Part shown: positions 51,063 to 64,000 of the stretch, piece by piece
Layout of the letters: each line of letters opens with the position of its first letter
How positions within the stretch are numbered: position 1 is the first letter of the stretch
DNA from: Lama glama
Taxonomy: Eukaryota
Assembly (NCBI GenBank): GCA_028534125.1
Contig: CM052818.1
Coordinates: 3,660,001 to 3,724,000, forward strand
Direction of reading: 5' to 3'
DNA: 64,000 bases
Notes under the pieces: generated by a model
Databases searched by the model: none
The model's input: only the letters and a program-made list of their open reading frames with translations
What the model was told of the DNA's origin: nothing
Made by a program: the position numbers and the translations under genes

Positions 51063-51206
51063 GTGCTGTCCCAGTAGGGTCGCTGCTGTCCACATGTGGC
51101 TGTTGAGCTAGGATGAGTGAGGAACTCAATTTGAAATTCTATTTCACTTTAATCATTTTAAATTTAAACAGCCACGTAAAGCTAACAGCCATTGTATTGG
51201 ACAATG
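51063..51206. mobile_element. MER3-like hAT-Charlie MITE
   Basis: gtgctgtcc...cacatgtggctgttgagc...aaatttaaacagccacgt...tattggaca. Confidence 0.7.
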
Positions 51207-51374
51207 AAATATCATTAAAAAAAGAATCATTATATTCATTATGGAGTTAGTACTTTGTGAATGGTAAATATTTCATTATATTTTAATTTTTTAAAATGTA
51301 TTTAAGTCATACATGGCATATATAGATTTATATAATTATATGTATATATTTGGTCACAGAGAATACCTTGCTAT

Positions 51375-51523
51375 ATTTATTTATTATTTATTAAGCCTTT
51401 TTTGGGGGGATGGGGGAGAGATAGTTAGGTTTATCTTTTTTTTTTGTTGAAGGTACTAGGGATTGAACCCAGGACCTCTTGCATGCTAAGCACATGCTCT
51501 ACCACTGAGCTGTACTCACCCCC
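51375..51523 (-). mobile_element. Camelid tRNA-derived SINE (Vic-1-like)
   Basis: Same consensus; degenerate TSD TACCTTGCTATATTTA/TACCTCACTGTTTA. Confidence 0.87.
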
Positions 51524-51720
51524 AGTACCTCACTGTTTAGGATTCACCATAATTAGATGGTGACCTTAATTTCAAACAGTGGGTAACTGGGGTATGGTGA
51601 TCAAAAAATGATTAAAAATTAGTTAATGAGACTTTAGAGGAAAAAATTCCATAGAAAAGATTTGGATATTATGAATATTTCCTTAAATGTGTCAAACATT
51701 TTTTTCCTTTCTAATTACAG

Positions 51721-51855
51721 GAAAGCAAAGGCTATGACTTTGAATCTGAAACGGACACAGAGACGATTGCCAAGCTTGTGAAGTACATGTACGACAATCG
51801 GGAGAGTCAGGACACCAGCTTTACTACCTTGGTGGAGAGGGTCATCCAACAACTG
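51721..51855 (+). CDS. GFPT1: GFPT1 exon 6: [45 protein letters not shown]
   Basis: ttacag acceptor, GTATTA donor, 135 nt, SETDTE motif. Confidence 0.97.
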
Positions 51856-53258
51856 GTATTAAACCACACTTCTAAAGATAATCATTGCCGACATTAATCC
51901 CAGTAAACTCTTAATAACTTTGATAAGAAGAAACTATGCAAATTTCTTGAGTAATTTTTGCTTTTATTTCCCATATATGTAACTATTCAACTTGAGTAAT
52001 TTTGGGAGACTATTGTTTTAATGATTTTACTGCTTTCACAATAGTTTTGTGTTATGGGTATTAAAAATAATCCAAAATCCAAGAATTTGTCCAAAAATTG
52101 TGGATATACACACAAAAACTCATACACACTACACACTAACATATACATAGCACACATTGTCGAGGATTTATCTCTTTCTCCCTTCTTGCTCACTCTAGTG
52201 TTCGTCTCAGTAACTTAGCAAAGGGTACCTTCAGCGAAAGGCACACTCTTTGTTCTGGGATGATGTCTGCCTGTCTCTGAGCCAGTACAGTCAATTTGGT
52301 TTTCCTTATAGGGACTGTTCCTTGGCCCTGTACCTCTACAGAAGATTATTTCCCAGCCCGGGAGAAAAGTGATATTCTTTTGATCTCATCCCAGCTGCCC
52401 TAATTAAAGATTAAAGATATCAAAGATACACAAAGGCCCAAGTACAGAGTGACTTCCACCCCCCGACCCTGCTCATAACTCTAACTTTCCCATTTAACAG
52501 CCCCTTACCTCTCTGCGAGGGTCCAACCGTCACCTCCCCTCTCCCCCCAAATCTTACGATGCCTGCAGCTAAAGGAGGAGTCAGGAAGGTGGAGAAGATA
52601 GAGGCCTGCTCCTTCCTTTTCCCCAAGGCAGAGTAGTGTGCCTTCCAAGCCTTTTCCTGTTTCTACTCATTGTATAACCCAGTTTGTTCTATTCCTTCCC
52701 TCTCCTACCTTGCGTTTCTCCTTCATTCATTCTTGATTTCCTTAGGCCCTGTCCTTGAGGAGTTCGGGTTGAGGGGGTGGCATGATGTGCATGTTAATAA
52801 TTGTGATTGTGTATACTTTTCTCTCCAATATCAAGGTCAGAGAGAATGGAAGTTAACAGTGGTGTAAAGTTACTAGGCCAGAGGATGGGTTTTAGATATG
52901 GAGGTTGGAATCATTTCTAATCATGTCCTTCCGTTTCTGACGCATAGTATGGGAGAGATGAGGTACCTACTGAGAAATGCTGGTAGCATGCACAAAACTG
53001 GCTGTCCAGATAGTATGTTTTGGAGCTTTTATCTGTTGAGCCTATTTCAAGAATTGGCTTATATAAAAAATGGGTCTTGGATTCATCAAGACCCAAAAGT
53101 AAGCGTCTACCTAAAATTTAGACTCATTTATAAACTAGTGCAAAAGAGCAGTTATATGAACAAAAAATTTCTATATTGAAGTCAGTATATTTTAGGCATT
53201 TACACTTGATAATTGATTATAGTATATATATTGCTAATGCATTTTTTTCCCTCTGTAG

Positions 53259-53320
53259 GAAGGTGCTTTTGCCCTTGTATTTAAAAGTGTTCATTTTCCT
53301 GGCCAAGCAGTTGGCACAAG
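53259..53320 (+). CDS. GFPT1: GFPT1 exon 7: EGAFALVFKSVHFPGQAVGT(R)
   Basis: ctgtag acceptor, AAG|GTATAT donor, 62 nt. Confidence 0.97.
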
Positions 53321-53457
53321 GTATATATAAATTTAATAATGACTAATAATTTTATGTGTTTTGAAACTTTTGAATTGTAAGCTTATTCTCTGTACACTAT
53401 AAATGGCCCTTCATTTTAAAGGCTCTGCCCATTTTTAGAGATATTTGTTTGAGTTTA

Positions 53458-53801
53458 CAGTCATCCCTTGGTATCCATGAAGGATTGATTCCACAAACCC
53501 CCATGAATACCAAAATCCGTGTATGCTCCGGTCCCCTATATAAAATGGTATAGTATTTGCATAGAACCTATACACATCCTCCTGAACACTTTGTCATCTC
53601 TAGATTACTTACGATATCTAATACAATGTGTTATGTAGATAGTTGTAAATACAGGGCAAATGTTATGTAAATAGTTGCCAGTATGCAGCAAATACAAGTT
53701 TTGCTTTTGGAGCTTTCTGGATTTTTTTTTCCCCAAATATTTTCAATCCACAGTTGGTTGAATCTGCAGATATGGGGCCCATGCATATGGGAGGCCAACT
53801 G
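53458..53801. mobile_element. MER2 (Tigger-derived MITE)
   Basis: cagtcatcccttggtatccatg...ataccaaaatcc...atgggaggccaactg. Confidence 0.85.
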
Positions 53802-54229
53802 TTTATTTTCATATGTTCCTTCTTGTTTGTTGTTTTACCATTCTTCCGCTTAACAGAATTCCTTAACAAAACGAATACATTTTGGCATTTATAATTGGCC
53901 TTTTGTCTGTAGTGGGAAACCATTGTTACTTTGTGAATTTGGTTATTGAATATTCTGTAATTTCAAATCCAAAGCATTAACTTTATCCATATTTTTTGGA
54001 ACTGTATATTCTACACAGAGTCTGAGATAATTGTATACCATCACGACTTTTGCCAGGATATTTAAGCCTAATTCTGAAGTGCTTTTTAGGACAGTGTGGA
54101 GCCCTAAGACTTGGGAGAGAGACCTGTCTGTAAAATGAAGTCAGGATGACTAGAGAGAAGGTGCTAGACACTCATATATTGTTCATATATCGAAAGAAGG
54201 GTTCCATTTAACGTTAAAAAGAGAAAACA

Positions 54230-54460
54230 TTTCAAAATTTGTAGATACTGACAGGCATATGCAGAATAGATAAACAAGATTATACTGCATAGCACAGGGA
54301 AATATATACCAGATCTTGTGGTAGTTCACAGCAAAAAAAAAGTGACAATGAATATATGTATGTTCATGTATAACTGAAAAATTGTGCTCTACACTGAATT
54401 TAACAGAACATTGCAAACTGACTATAACTCAATAAAAAAAAAGTTTAAAAAAAAAAAAGG
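54230..54460 (+). mobile_element. Short L1 3' end with poly(A), same family as 5960-6412
   Basis: Close 3'UTR match to 6277-6412; AATAAA + A tail; TSD-like GAGAAAACATTTC/GAGAAAACTTTC. Confidence 0.88.
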
Positions 54461-54489
54461 AGAAAACTTTCTAACGCATTTTTATAGGA

Positions 54490-54685
54490 CAGGGGTCTGC
54501 AAACTTTTTCGGTAACAGGCCAGATAGTAAATATATTAGGCTTTCTGGGCCATGTCGCCTGTGTGGCAGCTACTTGCTGTTGTAATGTGAAAACAGCTGT
54601 AGGAAATGTGCAAAAGAGCAGGCATGGCTGTGTTCCAATAAAAATAGACAAACCTAGACTGTGGGTCAAAGTTTGCTGACCTCTG
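54490..54685. mobile_element. MER58A-like hAT-Charlie MITE (an internally deleted relative lies at ~22512-22598)
   Basis: TIRs CAGGGGTCTGCAAACT / AGTTTGCTGACCTCTG. Confidence 0.85.
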
Positions 54686-54862
54686 TTACGGAATATTTTT
54701 TAAAAATTATGTTTATGTCGTTCTTTTGTTATATCTGAAGTCGAACTTGGAGGGAGAATTTAAACATTATTTGAAGAGTGTTCCCTCATCGTATTTAAAT
54801 TTTACATCATTAGTGCATTATTTATAAAAATGGTTTAATTCTGTTTAATTTTGTACTGACAG

Positions 54863-54942
54863 ACGAGGTAGCCCTCTGTTGATTGGTGTACGAAGTGAAC
54901 ATAAACTGTCTACTGACCACATTCCAATACTTTACAGAACAG
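54863..54942 (+). CDS. GFPT1: GFPT1 exon 8: [26 protein letters not shown] (completes the RRGS PKA site)
   Basis: gacag acceptor, CAG|GTAAAA donor, 80 nt. Confidence 0.97.
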
Positions 54943-55135
54943 GTAAAAACTACTACAGCATGCCATGGGGAAAATGTGTCAATTGAGTGCAGTAGATATA
55001 AAGAATTGTTTTCCGTAAATTGAGTAAATGTAAATGTTAGATCCACTCATATATAAAGTTCTGTCTAGACATGAAAAAGATGATTTTTTGTGATTTCTCT
55101 GACAAGTAGGTTTTTTTTCTGTTGTATATCCTTAG

Positions 55136-55189
55136 CTAGGACTCAGATTGGATCAAAATTCACACGGTGGGGATCACAGGGAGAAAGAG
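55136..55189 (+). CDS. GFPT1: GFPT1 striated-muscle-specific cassette exon (exon 9/8A, GFAT1-L): ARTQIGSKFTRWGSQGER
   Basis: ccttag acceptor, GAG|GTGGGA donor, 54 nt, phase 1-1, matches the known 18-aa insert. Confidence 0.95.
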
Positions 55190-58105
55190 GTGGGAAATGC
55201 ACTCTGCATGGATGGGGAGGAATCTTATCCTCTTTTGTTTACTAATTCTTTGTTCTTGGAGTGAATGTGCTGGGCCTCTAAAAATGTGCTTATTTTATGG
55301 AGAAACATTTTGACATTATTTTTCTAATTTGCAGAATATATTTTGTCTGTCTGCTTTTGGCATAGAAAATTGCGTTTAATAATTTGTTTCTTTAAAAATC
55401 TCTGAGATTTGAGAAAACAGTTGACATTGTAAAGTTTTTTTCTTTGTTTTAAATTAAAATCATATAGAATACATTATTATAAATAAGATGCTAAAATTAG
55501 GACAAGAGCATTGTGTGCTAGGCTATTATAGATTGAACTCTGTGGTAGTTATTTGAATCATTTAGCCTGACTTTTAAATTAAAATATGTTTTAATGGTTT
55601 TTTATTTTATGCATGATATTGTTTACATTTTACTTTTAGGTTTACATTCGATATTCTTATTGGCTTTGTTTGAATTTGGAATTCTTGTTTTTTTTTTTTA
55701 AATTTGAAGTTTATCTTTTCAGCTATACAAACAGGATCATTTTATTGTTATAATTAGATTAAAAATGGTGGGCTCCTTTCATTTACTTTTTTACTAAAAG
55801 CTTTCCATGTAAAAGATACAGGGAGTGGTAAATTTAGGAAATTAAACCCCAAATTATTAATGCATAATTCTTGGTTTCTTGGAAAAATTTAGCAAAGTAC
55901 TCTAAACCTATTTATCTTTAAATAGTGACTGCTTTCACTGCTTTATCTAGAGCAGAAAGTCATTTCCTTAAATAACCTTCAGTCCTGAGATGTTAGAACT
56001 CCTTATTTCCCTCCTCCCACCTCCTCTCTTTTCAGAAGAGGAACTACCAGTATGAATCTTGGATCCAGAGCAGATTTCTGTTAATAATTCTGCGTGTGTA
56101 TTTACTGCTTATATGTTACCTTGCACATTACTTAGGCTACTTTTAGAAGCAATGGAAAAACACTGGCTAAAGTCCTAAGTTGGAAGAAAAATTGATCACA
56201 AGACAGATCTTTTTGAGATCAGGGCTTGTCTTTTAGTAACCCTGATTTCTCTAGCTCCTAGTTGGTAGATAATATGTGGCTTAGTAGAGTTTAAAAAGTA
56301 CAGCCTTTTAAGAGGAGAGTGTAAAGGCTGTGTAAAGGGAGACACTGGACTGGCTTTCAGTTTGCTATTTTTTTCCAGGATGATAATAATTGTATTTCAC
56401 TTAAATCAAAATCAGATGAGATAATCAGTGTATCCGAAGAGATTTTACAGATTCTGAGAGTCATATGGATGTCAAGTAGTAATGTTCTTTTCATTTAAAT
56501 AGGCAGTGATACCTCAAGTTCTTCTAAATATTGTGATTAAATCTACCTTGTTACTTGCAGAATGAAATAACCAATATTTGGAGAAACAATATGGTAAAAC
56601 TCAATCGCAGTAGGACATTTTATAAGCAAAGCTGGTTGTATTTATTTTAGAAAATGCAGGTGCTGGCCTGTCCTTTTGCTTATTGTTTTATTCACTTTTT
56701 TACATACAGTAAAGTTCAGTCTTCTTGGTGTACAATTTCATGAGTTCTGTCAAGCACAAACAGTTGTAATAACCACCTCCACGATCAAGATAAAGAACAG
56801 TTTCATTCCCTAGAAAGTTCCCTTCAGCTGCTCCTCTCTAGTCAAGCCTTGTCCCCACACCCAGCCCCTGGCAAACACTGATTTGTTTGCTCTTTCTACA
56901 GGGTTACCTTCTCTGAGATGTCATCTTATACTTATTTTTCAAAGTGTGGTATCTTTTCTGCTGTTGAACTTGGTTGGGGAGAGCTGTTTTGTTTTCATGC
57001 CTAAAACACAGCAAATAATGATGGACTGTGGAGAACTTTGGATATATGTTTCTAAGAATAATTATTACAAAGTCTTTATAGACATGGATTTTAGAGGATG
57101 GACTCAATATGAGTTTTTACAAGTATATTTATGGTCTTCTGTGGCCATTGTGTCCATTGGTTATAAGTTCTGCTATGTCCTGATCTTGGAGAAAGGTGCT
57201 TTTTTGGGTCTCTGTGACATTTATATAGTCTTAAGTTACTAGATATTTTCTACATTTGGCTAATTTGTCAAACTTCATTATGGTTTCTAGTTTTGACTGT
57301 AGTTGTGAATAAGCAAAAAGGAAAAAATACTTCTTCATCAATGGCTTGATGAATTAAATAGAGATGCCAGAATTCTAAAGTGCTAGAATTAAAAGATGTT
57401 AATCATTGCACAAGGACCATGCTTTATCCTGACTTAAATGAAATGTAAGAAAACCCAATTTTAAGGAGAGGTTCTGGGTTTATAGTTCCAGTCCTTAACA
57501 GCAGGTGCCACATGTGATACACCTTGGTCAGAGCATTATAAGTGTCTTTGTTTTATTTTTAAATCAGAATTAGTGTAGACTGCATCTTGATTTATTATGC
57601 TGACTTACTGCTAAAATCTAGAGAAGTTTTGTTATGAGATCGTAAAAATTAATTTGCCATTAGCCTCTTTTATTTTTCACTGCACAGTTCTGATATTTGT
57701 GATGTAATTTTAACGATAAGTTTAGGTATACAAACTTAATACGTATTAATTCCATGAAGCTTTGTTTAAAGTTAAATTAAGATCAGGCTATACATACATT
57801 AAAAAAAGACTTAGTGACATTATTTGCTTTTTACTTGGAAAAGCGATATTACATTAAAAAATGTATGATGTAGCACTGATCTGCCACGCTCTTTTTGATA
57901 GTTGCTCTTTCACTCTACACCCTTTGTCTGTTCTTGTTGGCTTATTGCATGGAAGTAGAGTGATCTACCTGGCACTGAAAAGTTGCTGAAATTATTTTGT
58001 GTTGCTATGATTTTTTTTTTATTCATTTTGTAGAAAAGAATGTATCTTGATATACTGGCCATGGTTTTCTGCCTGTTTGCTGATTCTGTGAACTCTGTGC
58101 TCTAG

Positions 58106-58211
58106 GCAAAGATAAGAAAGGAAGCTGCAATCTCTCTCGTGTGGACAGCACAACTTGCCTTTTCCCTGTTGAAGAAAAAGCGGTGGAGTATTACTTTGCT
58201 TCTGATGCAAG
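58106..58211 (+). CDS. GFPT1: GFPT1 exon 10: (G)[34 protein letters not shown](S)
   Basis: tctag acceptor, AAG|GTGAGC donor, 106 nt; contains the KKGS and RVDS phosphosite motifs. Confidence 0.97.
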
Positions 58212-58989
58212 GTGAGCTTCCTTAGCTCATTCATAGAGAATTTTAGTAAAGGTTCTCATGCTACAGGGAACCAAGAAGTCCTTTGGTATAAATCGAGTCA
58301 TATTGTACAGGAGAACTTTGTTAATTAAGGATGTGAAAGTGACCTTTTTTGGAGACAGAGTTCTAGATTTTCTCAAAGTATGTAGGTCAGTTCATAGAGA
58401 AGAGGTAATAGTCCTTGAGACTTGTTCCGGTGTGTTGACTCTGAGCTTGTGTATTTTTTTCCCTCTTCTTTTAGGAGCCTTATCCCAGGTTTTTAGGGAG
58501 AAGAGATTTTAGTTGGAGAGGAGAATAGCTTAGGATCACATCAATTACAGCTTAGTTGCTACTCTGTATTGTAGTTTTAGTCCAGCGTGGACACTTTTCT
58601 TTTTAATTCAGAAGTAATTGGCAGCGGAATCACTCTGTAGGAAATAGTACTAGACTCAGATATTTTGAGAAAAAAGGCAGTGGGATGCTTAGTGGCATTT
58701 ATAAATGAAATATGAGTAGTAATGAGGATAGAATGGAATCACTCAAATCGCCGACAGTTATTTGAGTCATTCATTGTGCCTGAAAGTAAGAGGATCTAAA
58801 AATGAATAACCATGCAATTTAGGACCGCAGTGGATGTGTTATCTCAGTAGGAAAACAGGCTTCACTGTTTTCTAAAATTTACAGGTGTGTAAGGTGTGTA
58901 GTCAGTGAAGTGTGTCATTAAGTAGGTTTGTTACGGAGTTGACAGTTATGGCTTAAATAAACTGAAGGTTGCAGAAGCATGTCAGCCTT

Positions 58990-59625
58990 TTTTCATTCAC
59001 TCATACATTCACATTGAACACTCCAGCAAAGCCATGCTGGGCTTAGGAGATAGTGGTGAGTAAGAATAAAAATACTGCGTGTCCTTAAGGAGCTCTTCCT
59101 TAATGGGGGAGACAAATTTTAATCAGTCGGCACCAAGTACAGAATTCCAGCCATGACAAGAGCTACAGAGTGACTTAACCCTCCTGTGAGTACATTTCTT
59201 TGAGGGAACGATGCTTGAACTGAGGGTTAAGGAGATATTAGGAGTTAACTGGGTGAAGAGGTGGAGGAAAGAACATTCATTCTCTGCAGATGGATTGCCC
59301 CTTGGGAGTTTGGGATGGATGTGAGTGTGGCTGGAAAAGAGAGAGGAAGTTTGGTAGGAGGTGAGGCCAGAGAAAGAGGTAGGGGTCCTGGTGAAGGCAT
59401 CTTGCTGTTGAGCGGTTTGTTGGGCGAGGGAGAAGTCTTGCTTAGATGTCCATTTGGGAAGAAATGGGGAGGTTGGAGGGAGTGTGGCTGGAAGGTAGGA
59501 GGTTCTGCAGTCATCCAGCCAGGAGCTGATGGTAGCTTGAGCCGCTTTGTGGTGGTGGACATCGAAGCTCTGGGAAACATTTAGGAGTTATAACTGGGGG
59601 ACTTAGTGATAGGTGGAAGGAGGAG
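58990..59625. mobile_element. L2 fragment
   Basis: ttcattcactcatacattc...aggagatagtggtgagtaag... L2 3'-end pattern. Confidence 0.6.
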
Positions 59626-59886
59626 GAAATAGCCACACTTTCTGATCTGATCTGATCTAAGTTGGTTTTGGTTGCCACACACAGCACCTTTTCTGCACTG
59701 TCCACAGTGACCACCCTTCTCCTTCATTCCCCTGTAGGGAACAGCATTGGTAACCAGAACGTTACCAGAGATACTGCAGGTTGATGGAGTTTGTGTTTAA
59801 ATGTGGTGCTTTTGTCCTAATGATAGTTATATTTATAATCATCATCCTTGATTACTGATCGCACTGTCTCCTTGAACATCCGGTAG

Positions 59887-60050
59887 TGCTGTCATAGAGC
59901 ACACCAATCGCGTCATCTTTCTTGAAGATGACGACGTTGCAGCGGTGGTGGACGGCCGTCTCTCTATCCATCGAATTAAGCGGACTGCAGGAGACCACCC
60001 CGGACGAGCTGTGCAAACCCTCCAGATGGAACTTCAGCAGATCATGAAAG
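59887..60050 (+). CDS. GFPT1: GFPT1 exon 11: [54 protein letters not shown]
   Basis: cggtag acceptor, AAG|GTGACC donor, 164 nt. Confidence 0.97.
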
Positions 60051-60936
60051 GTGACCGTTTTTGTCATATTATAGCTTGGCGTCCTTCCTGTCTTAGTGAA
60101 GGAATCTGATAACAATGTGAGCAAACCCTTCCACCTGATCAGTGAAGGGATAACCTCAGAAAACATAGCTGCTGGTTGACATGACTTCCCCTTCAAACTT
60201 GTTCATGGTGAGTTGTTTCTAACATTAAAAAGAAATTGATTATTTAAATAGTACTTGATATTTTTAAGATACTTTGTAAACATAGTTTGTGTTCTGTTCT
60301 TTATTCCTCTCTCCTTCTCTCTGTGCTTCAGTTTTCTCGTGTGTGAAATGGGGATAGTGGGACTCACTTCACAAGGTTGTCTGGGGACTAAGCCCTTAGG
60401 ACAGTGCCCGATGTGCTTAGTGAGCCCGACGTGAAGTTTGCTGCTGTTAACTGTTCTGATACTGTGATTGTGGTTTTTATTTTCCGTTCTGACGGGATTG
60501 TGGTGAAAAACAAGCCACATTTATTGCATAACAGCTATATGTCAGGTCTTTACTACACTGCAATGCTATGAAATGGCTGCTATTCTACATTATTCTACAG
60601 ATTAAGGAATTTCCCCAGAGCCACTTAGCTAGTAAGCGATAGAACGGTGATTGGAACCTAGATCTGATCTAAAATGTAAGCCTGTCCCACTGCCCTGTTT
60701 TGCTGTAGCTGCATATTTGAGGTATGAAGTTAATGAAAGTGTTTTTCCTCCTTCCTTGCTCAGTTTTCTTCACATGCGGTAAAATACCGTATATGAATAT
60801 TGTTCTCTATCGCATGACCTTTTGTTTCATTTCTTTTACTAAGATTCTGTTAAAGGAGAAAGACTTAGTTGTGTACAAATTTCTTATCCTTTGGATTTTT
60901 TTTTTTGTTTTAATGATACAATTTTTATTACTTTAG

Positions 60937-61032
60937 GCAACTTCAGTTCATTCATGCAGAAGGAGATTTTTGAGCAGCCAGAGTCAGTGGTGAACACAAT
61001 GAGAGGAAGAGTCAACTTTGATGACTACACTG
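60937..61032 (+). CDS. GFPT1: GFPT1 exon 12: (G)[31 protein letters not shown]; gene continues beyond the window
   Basis: ctttag acceptor, GTAATT donor, 96 nt, MQKEIFEQP motif. Confidence 0.97.
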
Positions 61033-61184
61033 GTAATTACATAAGTTATTTTATTGCTTCAGAGTCTTCTGTGGGGGTTGGCATCGACAGCCTGCAAGTT
61101 CATTGTGCTTTACAGCCTTAGAACCACTCCACTGCAAGCCATCAGAGGAGTCCAGTCCTCTTTTAAAAATCCTTCAGTGTATGG

Positions 61185-61680
61185 TTCTACTGATACGAGG
61201 TGCATTGGGTTAGTGAGATTTATAAATCCAGAAAGTAGATGATGGGTTACCAAGGGCTGGGGAGAGGCGGGGAGTGGAGAGTCGGTGTTTAGTGGGTACA
61301 GAGTTTAAGCTTGGGATGATGAAAAAGTTCTGGGATGGATGGTGGGGATGGTTGCACAACCATATGAATGCGCTTCATGCCACTGATTTGTACACTTAAA
61401 AATAGTTAAAATGCTGAATTTTATGTTATGTTTATTTTACCACAGTGAAAAATAAGGGAATAATAAGTAATGGTTGCCAGGAACTGAGGGGATGGGGGTA
61501 ATGGAGAGTGTGTGACTGCTAATGGGTATGGAGTTTTTTGGGGAGTTAATGAAAATCTTCAATTTGATAGTGGTGATGGTTGCACAACTCTGAATGTACT
61601 AAACACCACTGATTGTACGCTTTAAAAGGGTGAATTTTATGGTCTGTGAATATTAATAAACTGGTTATGAAAAATATAAA
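61185..61680 (+). mobile_element. Two adjacent old L1M 3'-end fragments
   Basis: Both contain ggttRccagg...gatggttgcacaac...cactgat..tac.cttaaaa. Confidence 0.8.
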
Positions 61681-64000
61681 AAATGACTGGAAAGTCACAT
61701 TTGAAAGTTGTCAGTTATGGGAATATTAGGGTAATTTTCCTGGAAAAAAGCCCTTTAGTGTACCACTTAAAACATTTAACTTCTTTTCAGTTCAAAAATC
61801 CTTTACTGGGCGCCTGCTGTGTACCAGGGACTGTCCTGAGAGCCGTGGATTCTCAGAGGAATGAGACCCGGTCCGCTTGCTGGCCAGCTTACTTGTATCT
61901 CTGCAGCCTAGCTTTTCTCTCCCAGTTTATAAATGAGTAAAGTGTGAACTTCCCAGAGGTTTTCCAGGTGTTGGCCTAAAGTCTTATGGAATAATCTGTC
62001 CCTTCCTGCATGTTTAAGGTAGGGGTGAGAGTGCAGCTCTGGTCTTACTCCTGGAAATTTTCGTTAGACCTTGTGTTGCAGGAGTTTTTGCACTTGCTGA
62101 GATGAGCTTGAGATTGACTGCCTGTGGTCATAGGACGTCCATAAACTGTTGATTGCTGAATGAGATTTTCACAACACTCCTGTTTCGTCATGACCAGTTA
62201 AATAAACAGTTCAGCAAACAAGCTTTGAGCTAAGCTTCTCAGTGTTAGGAATTAGTTTTTGATGTGAAATCTTTTCCTGAATCTGTGTTATTTAAACAAT
62301 ATTAAGTGCCTTTTCCTTTGTGCCACGTTCTGCTGATAGAGAATAATTTCTCTGAATAAGTGCTGTTTTTGTGTACTTTTCTGAGTGGCAGCACACTCTT
62401 TCTCAGGAGGAGAGGTTTGTTGAAGGCTGAATCATGAATTGAACATCTGTGTGCGGAGAACCATGCAGAACGTATCAGGGACTGTGGGAAAGTTACCTCT
62501 GCTGTGGTCTCCTCCTTGAGGTTCTTTGAAGAGGAATGCATATATAATTAACTGTTTAAAGAAAGATAAACTATGATAAATGGCATTAGAAACACAGTTT
62601 AATGTTGAAATGTTTCAAGTTTAATGTTGAATTTAGAGAAAGTAGAGGGTGAATCTGTTTGTGGGCAGGGGCTTTGGGGGCCAGAGATGGTTCCGTGAAG
62701 TAGGCGAGTGTGGGTTTAAAGGCTTTGAACGATTTGAATAGGTGAAGATAAAGATGGGGGCATTGCAACTGGGTGGAACACATTTGCTAAGGGAAGATAG
62801 TGGAAAACCATCAGAAATTTATTTGTGGAATAACACGCAGTCCAGTTTGTCTGCCACATCTAGTACTTCAAAAGGAGTAGAGAGCAGTAAGTCTAGGAAA
62901 GAAGGTCGGAGGAACTACCAAGGAGAGCTTTGGATGCATTCTTTTGGGTATGAGGGGGACCTCCGTTTGTAGAAATTGCACAGCTATTAGGAGACTTAGG
63001 AGCCAGGGGTGATCATACCTTTACCAAGGTGACCTGGGTGCTGGTCTCCTGTATGCGTTGAAGGAGCAAGAGGCTGAGCTGCAGTTGCCAGTTAGGATGT
63101 TGTCCCGTCTGGGGTAAAGCAGTGGGAAGGGGAGGGAAACGGGGATCAGGGAAGAAACAGGAGCACTCTGCAGCAGGACCTGCATCTGCCTGGGCTGGGG
63201 AGAGGGGGTGTTGAAGACGGTTGAGCTGGAAGAACTGGGAGAGTAGCAGTAAATGGGACGGAAATAAGATTAGGAAAAAGGTTTGTTTTCTAAGGGAAGG
63301 GAATGAGATAAACTTTGAGAAGTCATGATTTTACAACTTTTATCTGTGGTATGTGTTCCTCATAAAAGTCCTGTAATATAAACAGGATAGCCGTTACCCT
63401 TTTTTCATTGTTAAGATAAGGAAATCAGACTCTGTCTGTATGAACGTCTTGCCAAAGGTCACGCTGCTAGTCCTTTTCAGAGCCAGACTAGCTCCCGTGT
63501 TCAGTGCTGTCCCGAGAGTGCTGCAGCCCGCCCCTGTCCTCCAGGCACTCCGGCTGCTGCCGTCAGTACCAGCCTAGCTTCTCAGAAGTAGGCTTCTCTC
63601 GAAAGCATCCGTTCAGACCATGGGTGACTCCTTCCAGAGCTGTCCCAGACGCCCCTCAGCCAGCACGCAGTTTGCTTGGACCAGTGTTAGGGAAACACTT
63701 GTGACTGTCTGATCTCAGCATCTTGCCTCCTGTCATTCTTGGTCATCATTTGAAACACAAGTCCCTCTGATCGTCCGACTGCTTTATACTTAGTCATCTC
63801 CAAACCGGTTTGCCTTCGCATGACTCCCCCCTCTCCCTTGTGGTTTCCTTTCTTCCCACATCTTTTCAACCCATGCTGAGGCCCGTGGGAAAACACTGTA
63901 GGCAGAGGTACATGAAAAGGAGCAGCCAGAGGGCCAGGCCAGTCTGGCTGCAGTGGCCTGGGTGAGAGGGGACGTGCCGGGAGATGCGGTCAGAGCGGAG

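Noticed and set aside
59868..59886. U12-like branch sequence TCCTTGAAC before GFPT1 exon 11; also GTATTTCC donor of intron 2
   Set aside because: The intron 10 donor is U2-type GTGAGC, and neither donor matches RTATCCTT.
59852..60196. 114-aa minus-strand ORF
   Set aside because: Antisense shadow of GFPT1 exon 11.
61185..61680. Apparent tandem duplication
   Set aside because: Explained by two adjacent L1M 3'-end fragments.

Overview
Mammalian genomic DNA, almost certainly camelid (many copies of a tRNA-derived Vic-1-type SINE), with one 100-N assembly gap. It holds two head-to-tail + strand genes. The first is the 3' part of NFU1 (mitochondrial Fe-S cluster carrier): six coding exons, 2607-19450, with the 5' exons upstream of the window. 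The second is the 5' part of GFPT1 (glutamine:fructose-6-phosphate amidotransferase 1): a CpG-island promoter near 29.7-30.5 kb and exons 1-12, including the 54-nt muscle-specific exon, continuing past the window end. The rest is SINE, L1, L2, MIR, LTR and DNA-transposon relics plus one retroposed U6 snRNA pseudogene. Almost all ORFs in the supplied track are spurious or partial exon read-throughs. I found no convincing novel multi-gene system. The best leads are splicing-level: a well-formed candidate cassette exon in the last NFU1 intron, a candidate in-frame alternative first exon of GFPT1 lacking the catalytic N-terminal Cys, inverted SINE pairs bracketing frame-symmetric GFPT1 exons, and an unexplained diverged ~105-bp duplication. 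Exon numbering and repeat-family names come from recall of the human genes and repeat consensuses, not from a search.
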